DNA of 59,567 nucleotides, the filler included, from Sphacelaria rigidula (lineage: Eukaryota), in assembly GCA_964200075.2 (NCBI GenBank). It is 7 parts of 7 records of this genome, joined end to end, with 100 filler letters (N's around TTAATTAATTAA, not from the genome) between each part and the next. Parts side by side here need not be neighbours in the genome. Positions count along the whole stretch, not along the records: positions 25,575 to 33,998 come from CAXNAA020011186.1; positions 34,099 to 42,521 come from CAXNAA020011187.1; 5 more parts are not named here. One strand, given 5' to 3'. Positions within the stretch are counted from its first letter, which is position 1. Each line of letters opens with the position of its first letter. A program made the translations under genes and the position numbers. The notes under the pieces are model-generated. The model worked only from the letters and a program-made list of their open reading frames with translations, did no database searches and was not told where the DNA came from. Shown here piece by piece: positions 25,475-37,900 of the stretch.

Positions 25475-27494
25475 NNNNNNNNNNNNNNNNNNNNNNNNNN
25501 NNNNNNNNNNNNNNNNNNTTAATTAATTAANNNNNNNNNNNNNNNNNNNNNNNNNNNNNNNNNNNNNNNNNNNNTTAAAGCGAATGATCAAAGCCACTCT
25601 CAATCATATTATCTACTCTCAATCTCACGAAAACACTGTTATACGTGCCTAGTAGGAAACCCTTGAAAATCGAGGTCACTCATACATCTATGGATTCACC
25701 TGACCATATTCTTCTTCCACCCGTCTGTCAAAACCAGATATCAACGTCACGGCAATGGCCAAGGATAATATAAATCATTGGCGCCACAATCATATCACAC
25801 CAGCTCACCCTGCCTGGTAAGGAATATCTGAAGTTCCCTTTCAGAAGGGACGAAGGTGCTTCGTGCCATGCCTTATTCCCGCACCACGCAAACTGTAGAC
25901 TAGACTAGTATCAAAATGTCGAAACGGAATCTGTGCAAAGGGCAACAAGGTACTGCCTCATGGGTGTCTCACCGTGGAAAAACAAACGATATACGATCGA
26001 CTCATGCTCGGGAGGGCAGGACTTCCAGCGAGTATAATACATTGAAAAGATACAGCACGAGTGCAACTCTACCCACTGTTTCATAAGCCCTGGGAGAACA
26101 TCTTTCGCTCTCGGTTAGTCCCTCTCCTCCGCCTTGGTCCGCCCCCACCACGCCGGTAGCTGCCTGGTCGAGTTTTTCCTTGGTGCTATTTCCGAGACGT
26201 CCGAGCTTTTTACCGCTACGGTGGCTTTGAAGCTACGCTGGTGGAGGATACGTGTTCTTGACGGGCGTAGTGTGTGCTTTCGAGCGCCTCGGAATATGCA
26301 GTTTCAGAATAGATTGTCGCGCTTTCAAGCTGATGATGATGTCCCGCCGACTGGGGGTCAGCGTTGTCTTGCGAGTAGTTTTTGTATGTCCTGTTTCAAA
26401 GAAAATGAATCCGACTCACCTGTATCCTTTTCTCATACTCACCAGCGCCCCAACCCCCTTTACACCGGATCAAGCACATCCTTCTTCACATACAATTATG
26501 GGTCAATGATGACAACGTATTATCAACAGTTACGGCTTTTACTCACGAACAAGACAACTTCTCACACGACTTTGAACTGGGTACAGGGTGACTTTCATTG
26601 GGCCGTCTTTGAACGGATTGAGGGAACATGCAAGAAACACGTGAACGAGACACGTGTAGTAACACCGATCACGCGGAACTCCTTGGCGTCATCTACCTGC
26701 ATACTGCACTGTAGGATTGCGCTATAGTGAAATGATATCCCAGATGGTCATGATACCCCTCGTTGATGTCCCAAATGGAGATTGCACAATAATGCAACAC
26801 TCCCACAGGAACATCCTGAAATGGTCCGTATCCGAGTGGCGAACCGTTACCAAACATTCCGCATATTACTGTATTGCTGCATCGTATACAAGATTTGAAG
26901 AGGCTGCTGTACGTACCGTTTGCACTCCTGGCAAGGTACACACTGCCAACACACACTAGCCGTTTGTAGGGATATTGATTCAGGGTAAGATGGGGCTCGT
27001 TGTACGGTGTGCACTGTTACGGTCAAGACAAGTGATGAAATTGCAGATACAATGCGATTCCAACCATTGGGCTGGGACGTCAGAGCGAACCGCTACTAAT
27101 ATTTTGCGACGAGGTAACTTGCTCCAGGTTGCGTTTCATGATGAACACACGTTGTCGCCGTAAAACCAACCACGATCAGCTGACGCAAGCATTCGATGCT
27201 CAAAACCGACGTACTCGAGGCAGGGGGAGCATGAAAGCCATGCACTGAGCTGGTTCATCAAACATGCCTCCGTTCGTCGAACCGTGATAATAATAAGCGG
27301 GTGAGCCCTATCTTGGTTTAGCCAGCAGAATGGACACTCGGGCAATCTTTATCCGCTTTTGCTCAAAAAGAGGACTCTCCCGAATAAAAGGGATCGAATA
27401 CGGTACACCTTGAAATACTTGACAATCCAGTAGAGCGGGACAGTGCGGTCTACAGCTAAGTGCACCAGTCAGCGTGTAGTGAGCAGGCGGTACT

Positions 27495-27742
27495 GACACT
27501 TTCTACGATACCCGCCCCCCCCAAAAGTGGCTGGTTTGGGGAGGCGAAATCTAGACGGGAATCGAAATGAAAAAAGCCGAGTACAACGAGAAGTTAAGAA
27601 TTCCCACATTTGGGTTCGTTTCCGCCAATGCCGCCCGTATGAGGCGCTTCATGCAGCCTGGATACAAACATCAGGCGTTGTATGTCCGTTTTCTTCGTGA
27701 CAGTTTTGGGTTGGTTTTAGGGGGCGTATTGTAGAAAGTGTC
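27495..27742. mobile_element. MITE with GACACTTTCTAC TIRs
   Basis: gacactttctacgatacccgccccccccaaaa / ttttagggggcgtattgtagaaagtgtc; the same 12-nt terminus occurs at ~17130-17141. Confidence 0.65.
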
Positions 27743-28613
27743 TTCTTCAGTATTTGGCCGTTGTCACTGCTGGTCCACAGTCCCCGCTTCCCCAGCTGTA
27801 TGCACGCCTACGCTGTTATTCTCGTCCTCTCTTTCGCGGAATGCACGCACGCTGCCCGTGTTTTCGTAAATGACAGGGTGGAGGTTGATCGACCCCCTCT
27901 CTTACCAATCAGCAAGTGCTATTTCTTGTCTGATCCTTTGGGGTGTCATGACCATGATGTTTGCACTTTTTCCCGCCTCAGGAATCATTCCAATTACTGG
28001 ATGAAATACTGCAGTATATTACTACATTATTTGTACACAGCCTACACACGGCCAGCCCTCAGCCTACACACGGCCGGATGCTGCCAGTGATAACGACATC
28101 GCTACAAGGCCGATCACGGTTTGGCTCTGACTAGCATCGATGTGGTGGACTACTCGACTCAAAGAGAGCGAGGTGTAGACACTACTTCTGACACTGAGAA
28201 CCCCAAGTCGTCAGCAGCGAACTATTTGAAAAGTACGCAAGACTACCGTAATGATATCATAGGCCCTTCACCTGGCTAAAGCTACTGCGGTCGTGAACGA
28301 GGCGTAATTCATGGTTGCAGTACCACCAAACAATACCTGGCCCAGATTCCGGTAAAACGTCTGACACATTATTGTGTACTTTTTTTTGTGAGCGACGGTG
28401 CTGGAAAATACGCGCGAGGAGTCATGCTACGGTAGGGGTTGCATATTGGGACACAGGTCTTTCTCATTCAAGGGTTCCTGAAGTTGAGAGCTACACTAGA
28501 ATATAGGCCAGGACATGACGCTTTGAAATTTATTTTCGCATGCGGTGTGAAAAGGTGCTCAACGAAAACGGCGTGTGCATCTCGCCGCACATTCCATATT
28601 GTCTTCCCCTTGT

Positions 28614-28802
28614 CCAAAAAATAAAATCCAACCATCCATCTAACCATCCTCAAACGATGTTTAATTAGTTACCATTTTTCCAAAAAATACAATCCAACCA
28701 TCCATCCTCTAAAATCTAACCATCCATCCAACCATCCTCAAACAATATTTAATTAATTACCATTTGTTCAAAAAATACAATCCAAACATCCATCCTCAAA
28801 TC
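28614..28802. repeat. AT-rich degenerate tandem repeat, ~3 copies of a ~65-90 bp unit
   Basis: Recurring caaaaaata(c/a)aatccaaccatccatc...cctcaaac...tttaatta.ttaccattt. Confidence 0.8.
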
Positions 28803-31800
28803 AACCTTTAATCAACCAATTAATTATTCGATTCAAATAATAGAAATATTGACCTCGAGAGGCAAATTGCATACCATGCGCGCTCTCTCTTATTCAGTCC
28901 AGAGAGTGCGCTAGCGCGCGGGCGCACCTCGTATCTGGAGCGCTGGTCGAGGAGCGCTAACGATACCGATTGCCTGAACCGCCAAACACCGCCGCGCGGG
29001 GGGGGGGGGGGGTTACCACTACCATCGCCACCAAGATGACTGGACTCTGTAGCCAAAGATCGTCCATACACTACGGTACTCATCTGTTGAACCTGTCGAA
29101 ACGAACGGGTCGAGCAGAAGCTCAACATAGCCATATTGTATCTCCATGCTCTTGTTCGAGCGTGGTTTACACTTAACACACTGAATAGCCCCGGCAAATG
29201 TGACGGTTTCGCGGTACCGCGAGAACCATATGAGAAGGACCATCAATTCAGACACGATTGATTGAGCGAGGTGATATGCCTGGCACGCATAAGTCAACAG
29301 ACTGTCGGAGTCGGCTACAATGGGGACTAGCGGAACGGTCGCCAGGGTCCCGACAATCGATTCATTCGGTGCAAAGGGAAGAGGATTTGTGACCGAAAGG
29401 GCGAATGCCACTACAGGTGGGGTTACCGAAGGAGGGTGGTTCCTGACGTACCGGTACGGAAGCTGCATGCGTTGGGGTTCTAGTCGCATCTCTTCCTACC
29501 CTGATTCACACCGATAGCGGGGTATGGAGGAGCCCCGTGACCAGTGACAGTGGCTGGTGTCGGGTCGGGCTCCCGCTGTGTGCTTCACTTTAAAGGGGGG
29601 CGAGTAACACTACGCACGCTACCTCGATTATTGTCGACGGCTAACAAGTGCGGGAGGGGAAGGCGCCAAAGAGATCACCACTGGGAGCGGCAACGCTCTC
29701 CGGTTGGTTGTGGATGAGGAACCGAAGTTATCTCATCTGTTCCTTCAGCCCTGAGTGAGAGAGGGGTAGAGGCGATTTCGATTGGTGTGTGGTGGCCTGA
29801 TGATCACGCTTGGTTTGCTGCTGAGCGATTCGAGCGTTTCGCAGAAAATTCTCGATTTAAAGTATGTTTCTGTTTTCCCTCTCCTGCGCACGCCGTGATT
29901 CGGGCGCTTTAGTCTATAGGAGGCCGAGCGGGTGAAACTTGTTGAGAACGTTCATATTCTATATGGTCATTGCATTATTGTCTAGCATCTGTCGTTCGTG
30001 CGTAAAGATCACCCCAAAAACTCTAACAGTGATGGTGTGAGTGTTGTTCCCAAACCGAAGAAGGGAGTTGTTCCGGTGGGGTACGATTATGACTAAAGTG
30101 TTGTTTTCGCTTGTCCCTCGCTTTTGTGGACGGGCGAGTAGACGGAGTTTTCGCTCGTACCAACAATACCGCTCTCACTTAGGAGGGGGAAAGCTTGCGG
30201 GTGAAGTCCCGGAAGGACGCTGACGTCGAGATCGATAGGGACAAGAAAAAAATACAGCATCAATGTCCACTTGGGGATTGCAGGGGAGGTACATGGAGCG
30301 TAGGGAGGAAGTCGGCGCTCGTGGCGGCGGTTGTAGATACAGGATCATGGTCCCCTGCAGCAACGGTGGTCGTATCAACAGAAAAACCAGTACCGGCATT
30401 CATACCAAGGACCGCATCATCTGACCGACATCCGCATCAACATCAACGTCTGCACCACTATCGATATTTGCGCCTACGCCAGAGTCCACATCTATTCCAG
30501 GGTTCAAATCATGTCATTTATTTCTTGAGGAGCCATTTAATCTTCGGGTGCACCGTGGTGAGTAAGGTGGATTCGGCGATCGGTCGGGATCAGGCATTCT
30601 GGACACACAAACGTACAATCACGCTCGTTGATAAGGAAATTGGATCACCCGATGGCAAAGACAGTAGCCCGAGAAGAGGCACAATTCCCCTTGTGTGCTT
30701 TAGTGCTCATTTGTATCTTATAAGTTGACTGTTGTTGCAGATGGGCCCAAAATATCAAGGGAAAGGATGGGTTACGGGGGCGGCGCAATGGGTCGTCGGA
30801 CCCATGAATGAAGCTACACGTCATAGCTCATGAAGCATGTCCCATTAGCTGATCACAAACCACACGCGATACGTCAATCGGAGCGATTACTGTATCCACC
30901 ACCCTTCACAAATTCCACGCTGCTTCAGCGAATCTCGCCTGCCATAAGCCTCAATGGATCATCCCCAGGCCACAAACACCAACGAGCATAACCGGAGGCT
31001 AAGACATTGTACGCCAGGTTGACGTCATCTTCAGTATCAATAACGACCAGTACAGAGGAGCAGATGGGTCCCAGGGTCCGAGAAAATCCCGGACCCACAG
31101 TACCCCTTTTTCATTTTGGGCCCGCCGAGGAGGGGGAGGACGGCACGCTATATCCCATAGAAAGCCATTTGTATACTAGTTTCTATACGGGAACGAGTCT
31201 TTTGATCCGAAAAGAGCGGGCGAAAGAGTGACGCGATCTTGAAATATCCGAGGCAAGCTTCTTGAACGAAGTATCGATGAACCAAGTCACTTGATACTAA
31301 ACTAGCTGAGACAGATGGCATGATCCAAGAGCGTGAGATGCAAGATGCTAGAACTGATGTGGGTGGCTTAGATTACTTAATCTTCGCAGACTAGCCGAGG
31401 CAAGTTACTGGAATTGAATGTAGGTGAAACCAGGGCAAGTTTGATCTCATACTTGATGCTTGGTCAGGCTCGGTCGGCCGGGCCATTTGCTTTGAATTGG
31501 GTGCAGCTGCTGCAGCAAGTTGCGACAAAAAAGTTTGGCACTTGAAATTTGAGCGATCGAAAACGCGCCCCCAATGAATATCATTAACGGTCGCTTCCAG
31601 CCCCCACAGGCCTACCCGTCGCCGCATGAAGACAGTGAATGATGAATCCAGCACTATAAGATACCATAATAATATTTTCATCGTACACAAGACACAAACC
31701 ACAGCAAAGCAACGCATCGTTATAAATGTAAATACCACATGATATGAAAAACATCAACAGCGGAAACACGTCAAGACACATTTAAAAATATACTCCTAGT

Positions 31801-33208
31801 AGTAATCGACGGTGACTTCGCCAGTAACCTCAAATCGCAACCCCCCCCCCGATGGACCGCTGCCAAAAGTGCGACAATAGGCGGGTTTCCAATAAGGAAA
31901 TTCCAATTTCAACCGAAATTAATACACGAGAAAAACGACAACACGTACACACACGCACACGCACACCCTGCGTGTTCGTTGTCCACCACGTATCCCGCAC
32001 CAACTCCCCTTCCCCTCAACAGGCCCCGTAATAACTAGATATCTACAAAGCACTCGTTCCTAGTAGCTAATTTCGGTTCTGTATACACACGCACGCATCG
32101 CTAATAACGCTTCTCCCTCCCTCCTCCCTGACCTCCCTTCCCCTTTTGCCACCGCTAGTTTTCCATGGTCCAGTCGAACGTGACGTTACATAGACCCGTT
32201 GGCGACATGGACACTACGGGCACACGCATACTGTCTGTGGTCCTGAAAACGCACTGCTTCTGTACGGCACTGCAGGCACTACCTGCCCGATGTTGTGCGA
32301 CGAACAAAAAAAAGGTCCTCGAATTTTACACGTTTCTATGCTCTCGTGCAAGCACGATTCCATGATGATAAAATCGTACGACAAATCTGGTTTTCTCTCT
32401 TGGAATGCGGTACGTACCACATGCGAACACATCCACGGGCGACTACAAATACATACAGCGTATATGTATCCTGTGTATATATATATATATATATCGACCG
32501 CTTTTCAAGATTCGGATTTTGCATATTAGATATTAGATGCGGATGAAGACACGGGCAAGGAGTAACAGTAGGACACGACGGCAAGAGCCTACAAAGCGAA
32601 GGCTTGGTCTGAAGATTCTCGGCAACGTCGCTACGCACGTGGGGATAAGATGGGGGCGGGGGGAGGGGACCATTCAACGAACCCTACCTTAACTCGATAG
32701 TTGCCGTACTTCTCAAAATGGACATAGCGAACTGACGAAGGTCGCAGCTATCAGCGTCAGAAGGGACGACTTGGGAAGATGTGTATTTGTTTATTTCCTC
32801 GGTGGAAAATGTACGTGGCGAATCGTATTTTTGAGACGTGGACAACTCTTGGTGTCGCGAGAACGCGGCTCTCGGTGGGTTGATCAGGAAGTGAGATTCA
32901 ACCATGAATAACTTTCATCAATCATCACAACAGCGGAGAAGGAGGAACCCCCCCCCCCCAACCCGCTCCTCCCTCTCCCCCCTACACATGAAAATAAATG
33001 CTTGTTGTAACAAAATAACAGAAAAGCAGACCCTTGAAAAAAGTGTCTCCACAACCGATTTGATGATCAAGGCACGCTGCGGAGGAATTCCCTACCCACT
33101 TTCGGTATCGCTCTCGTATGACGAACAGCATCTGCGTCCTTACGATAGGTTGTCATACCCGTTACCATGCGCACATCACGGCACCGTGTACGTGAGGGGC
33201 TCGGGCGG

Positions 33209-33637
33209 TTATCGGCCTCGATCGGTAAGATGCACCACCGTCGCACAAACGTCATCATGCAACATCCGCCGACGCGGGCCCCTCGGCAGCGCCCGTAAGG
33301 CGGGGACGGACATGCCGTGCCCCTGGGCCGAACGCGCCAGCACACTGTTCACGAGCGCATCGCTAGTTGCGCCGCCCCCGCTCCCCGCCCTACTCCCGCC
33401 CGCGGCGTTGCGCTGTTGCCGTCGCATCGTCCCTGGGGATATGCCGGTTTTCCCTCCTTCTCTGACGCTCGCGCCGACACCGACGAGGGGGTTCAGGGCC
33501 GAGGACACGCACTGCACAGCGTCTTCGTTGGAGAGTTGCTCCCAAACGCCGTCGGTCGCCAGCACCAAAAAGTGATCTGCCGAGGTAAGGTCAAGGGCAG
33601 TCACCGCGGGCTCTGACGTGATGTACGGGACCCCCTC
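33209..33637 (-). CDS. Protein phosphatase 2C (PPM family), terminal exon
   Basis: cggcag|EGVPYITSEPAVTALDLTSADHFLVLATDGVWEQLSNEDAV...LRALPRGPRRRMLHDDVCATVVHL...*. Contains PP2C motifs PY...EP, FLVLATDG.W and HDD. Confidence 0.92.
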   Translation of the reverse strand, partial: EGVPYITSEPAVTALDLTSADHFLVLATDGVWEQLSNEDAVQCVSSALNPLVGVGASVREGGKTGISPGTMRRQQRNAAGGSRAGSGGGATSDALVNSVLARSAQGHGMSVPALRALPRGPRRRMLHDDVCATVVHLTDRGR

Positions 33638-34960
33638 CTGCCGTTCGTCATACACGCAGAACAAAAAACGGGAAGCAATGACAACGAAAGAGGATGAGGG
33701 ATTGGTAGGTGTTTGTCGTTCTCGAGGGAACTGGAAGGAACCCCCGCCGTGTACTTCGCTATTAGCCGCGTTTAGTTTCGTCAGGTGCGTTCACCCGTCG
33801 AGGGGAGTGTGATCCGCTTCCTTAACCACCTCAAGCGTGTCCGTCACCCGGATGGTTCGGTGTACGGGTAAGCACCAAGGCAGGGTGCTTTCCCTCCCTG
33901 CCCAGGACACTGTCTGCGATAGCCCCCCCCCCCCCCCCCCCCCCCCCAACCCCCCCCGCCCCTCCCCGACCCGCGACCCCCCTCCAGCACCAGAAAGANN
34001 NNNNNNNNNNNNNNNNNNNNNNNNNNNNNNNNNNNNNNNNNNTTAATTAATTAANNNNNNNNNNNNNNNNNNNNNNNNNNNNNNNNNNNNNNNNNNNNTA
34101 TGGCATGCCTGATCATGAGTCCCCCCCCCCCCCCCCACTGGTCAAATGAATAAGGCAAGCAAAAAATGAGTGCGCCCCCCCCCCCCCACTCCCACCGTCA
34201 AGTGTCAAACGACCAAGGCAAGCAATAAATGAGTACCCACCCGCCCTCTCCTCGCAAGGTATGAAAAAGTAGTGGACGCTGTGCCTTTCCCATGGGATAG
34301 GCCCCATCTTATGGGATCGAGAAGGGCATCCCTTATTTTGTCTCAGTAGTCCCGAGTTTGACCTGTCGGTAAGACCTTTAATGTACAAAGATGGAAGGTC
34401 GAATTATGTCGCCTCGAAGTGTCTACAGCTGCCCTACTACTACGGTTTTTTTTGTTGCGTGCGATTCGATTCGAAACTGATGATAAGGGAATCAAAACAA
34501 ACCGTCAGGTATCCAAATCGAAAATGAGGATGGCCACCATCGCTCAACACTCATCACTTTTGGTTTTCCTGAAATAACACTTGAATTGAAGCCTCACCAT
34601 GTTATTGCTTTTCAGCCCAAATCCGTGTACTTCACGAATTGGCCGAGTGCGCCGGAGGCCGTTTGGACAATATGAGGTACAATGGCATATTTTGACGTGA
34701 CATGGCATAGTTCGCCTGGTCGACTGTGTATACCTCTTCTCGTTGACAACACGCGCCGAAGGGTACAAAGGGGCCCTTCTCAGACATGAAATTTGCGCGA
34801 CTTTTTGGCTAGAAGAGGTGGCGTTGGAGCTTTTCATGCCTATGTTTCTACTACTGAACCACGCTCGCGGCCCTCAAATGTCGATGTACTCGGAACTGAC
34901 TGGGCCAAGAAAGATCTTCTGACACGTGACTGCAAATGAAAAAAATGGGTATTTTTCCAG

Positions 34961-37900
34961 GCTGAAGTTCTTCAGCGGAGTGGATTCTGGTGGTGCTCCC
35001 GACTCTTCCTTCGTGCTGCCCGGAGCCTTCGTGGCTCAGACGTTAACCATGCCGCTTGGTCCCTACTTCCAGCAGAAGTTGGGCTGCCGCGTGAGTGTGA
35101 TGTGCTAGTCCCAACGCTCTACATATTGATATGCTTGCTACTGTTGACCTGTGTTGGACACTGCGTCAGGGGCTGCGAGAGTGTTTTTTATTTCAGAGGG
35201 GGGACGGGGGGGGCTTGATCGAGTGCTGTTGAGGACAGTCGACTGTGTAGTGAGGGGAAGTTTTGTCCTCCGTCCCATGTAATTGTGTGGCGGTCTGCAG
35301 TGTCCACTTCATAGTATTCCAGAGCACCCAAGGCTTTTTGCTAGGTTGCAGGGTGTGTAGTGAACGCTGTCAACAAGGGTTGCCCTGGCGTGTGGTTAGT
35401 ATGCTCGTCTCGCTGGCATTTACCCGTGTCTGCTGTACCGTTGTAGTACGCAATATTTCCGTTACACTGTCGCGTGTTTGTTGAGTTGAACACGGTGACG
35501 CAACAAATCCTCTTGCATACTCGGCATGCATGCTTCACTGCCGTGTAATGGTCTAGTCCCTTGAGCGCTGGAATCCTGCGAACAGTATCGGCGGCTGGCA
35601 GCCGTGCGACGCAACCTCTTTGACGAGAGTGTCATAAGTATTTCGGGCGATATTGGAACCGCAATTAATTCAACATAATGACATGATATTTTGCTTGTTA
35701 TTAGAGTGGGCACATGTGGGCTCATGGCGAAAGCCCAGAATGGGTGGAACGTCCGTGTCGCGTTTGCAGTCGGCACCTGTTACAGTACAGGGTTCGGGTG
35801 CAGCCGCGGGCTTGTGTGTGATAGCTTGGCCTCGTTCGAAATATGAGTAGGGTGCAGCCAAGAGCAGAGACAGTACTCCAGTGCACAAGGTGCGATCTGG
35901 TATGGGGCGGGCTGGCAGCTGGCACTGGGGGCTGGGCTGATGGCTGGTACGGTGCGCAGTAATAGTGGCAGTACTGAAAGGCTACCGCTTGGGAGCATGC
36001 TGTGCGGACTCATTCGTGACCGATGAGTGGTGTGTTTCACTTACATCCAACCCTAGAGATGTCGATGATCCGAAGAAAGTCATCCACCTACTAGAGACGT
36101 GGCAGCGCCACAGTCAGAGAACCACATCCATTGCCCTCAGCGTGGCTGTACTAGTATGCCAAACGTACATGATCAGGGCGCACCATGTTTCCATCACGGC
36201 AGCCATTGCAAGACAACGCAACGGTCATGAGGAAATAGCACGGCGACAGTCCATATTCTGCTCCGTACAAATCGACCTTTTTTCCCGACACCTGGTAAAT
36301 TGGCGCTGTGTCCTAATATGTTGATATATTTAGGTGCACTTGTAGCTTGATTGTCTTGTGAGAGTCCGGCTGGCTGGCTCTCGCGCCTCGAGCGCAGAGA
36401 GCGCTGTGAACCATGCTTCTCTTCACCCTTTCACCGCCGCGGTAGGAAATCTGTTGAGTAGGCATAGTTCGATGTCATTTTTTAACTGTGAGTGGTGCCG
36501 AGTTGACGGATTACTTACCGTAGTGATTTAAGGGTTGAGGAGAGTTTTCAGCATTTTTTCATGAGTATCTTGGCGAGTGTTGGGCGTTGTAAAAATATCT
36601 TGAGATTGTTTCTCCGTTTTTTTGGATGAATTCCGATTTTTGTTCGCGGCTATAACATCGTACTAGTTCAGTGTAAGGACACGGTGCATGGCATTCTCAA
36701 AACCGAAGCTTTCGCGTGTAAATGTCACAAACTACACTCGCCAACTGCAGCTGAATCCACGTGAGCTGCACGTGCGGGCTTGACATTGATGCACGACACT
36801 TACAGCAAGGAGCCTGATGGACTTCCATCCGTTTCATTATAATGCTTAATATGCGCATGCACGATAGAGTAGAAAGTAACAGGCAACACTACTGGCGTTG
36901 TGATGCCGCTCTAGAACGTTCTGGAACTGTCGGTCATACCATGCCACTCTACTGAGAACGAAGAAGTTTCCTGCCTGCCTTTCGGTTCGCAAGGAATGCT
37001 GTGCAGTACATGAGTACATGTTGTTCCCGCGAGCCTCCAAGGATAACGATGCTGTTCCTATGACATGCACAAAAAGCCTACGGGTCATGATCGTAGAATT
37101 TAGTCCTTGTCACGTGTACACGCGCAAGCGCATGTGTGTCATTTGACGGCGGCTCCTGTCTATCTTTGTTTTTGTGCAGCGCTGAGGGCTAACCCCAACC
37201 TCTTGTTGGATCGATTCAAAGTTTTTCGTGGTCCTTTCGTTGGCCTTTTTGTCATGCATGCTTTTTGTCAATCCCTACCCTGTCTTTCCCTTACTTCACC
37301 GACAGAACACTACTGCTCTAGGATGCGCCATCATGGCGCTGGGAGTGTTCCTGTCGTCCTTTGCTACCAACTTGTACGCCTTCATGTTCTGCTACTCTTT
37401 CCTCTTTGGAGCCGGTGTGGGTCTAGCGTACACGGCCCCCATGGTGAACGGGTGGAAGTGGTTCCCTGACAAGAAGGGGCTGGTCAGCGGAGCTGTTGTC
37501 GCCGGTTTCGGCTCTGGTGGTTTCGTGTTCAACCAGGTGTGTGCCTAGTTCTTTTAGGGCTGCACAACGTTGTCAGTAATGTGCGCCTATGTACGCCCCG
37601 CTGTGTGCTGCTTGTTAACCTTGGTTTGGTATAGCAGCTGTCCTGTAATCAACATCTCCAATCGTCTCCTGTCAGGAGAAATTGACCCGTTTCACTAGGC
37701 ATGTACTTCGACCGGACGTAACGAACATGCATCGTGCGAATGCGAAACAATGGCGATACCCGTAATGTCCCCAAACCTTGCTTCATAATTTTCTTCTGTG
37801 CAGTGACGAAATGGTTACTCAAATGAGCAGCGGGTATAATATCGTTGTGTTAACCAATCGGGACCCCTGAAAGGCGGACGAATCACTCCATCCCCATGAT

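Noticed and set aside
26134..27345. Possible decayed gene or retroelement ORF
   Set aside because: Short frames broken by stops with no recognisable domain motif; cannot be supported without a homology search.
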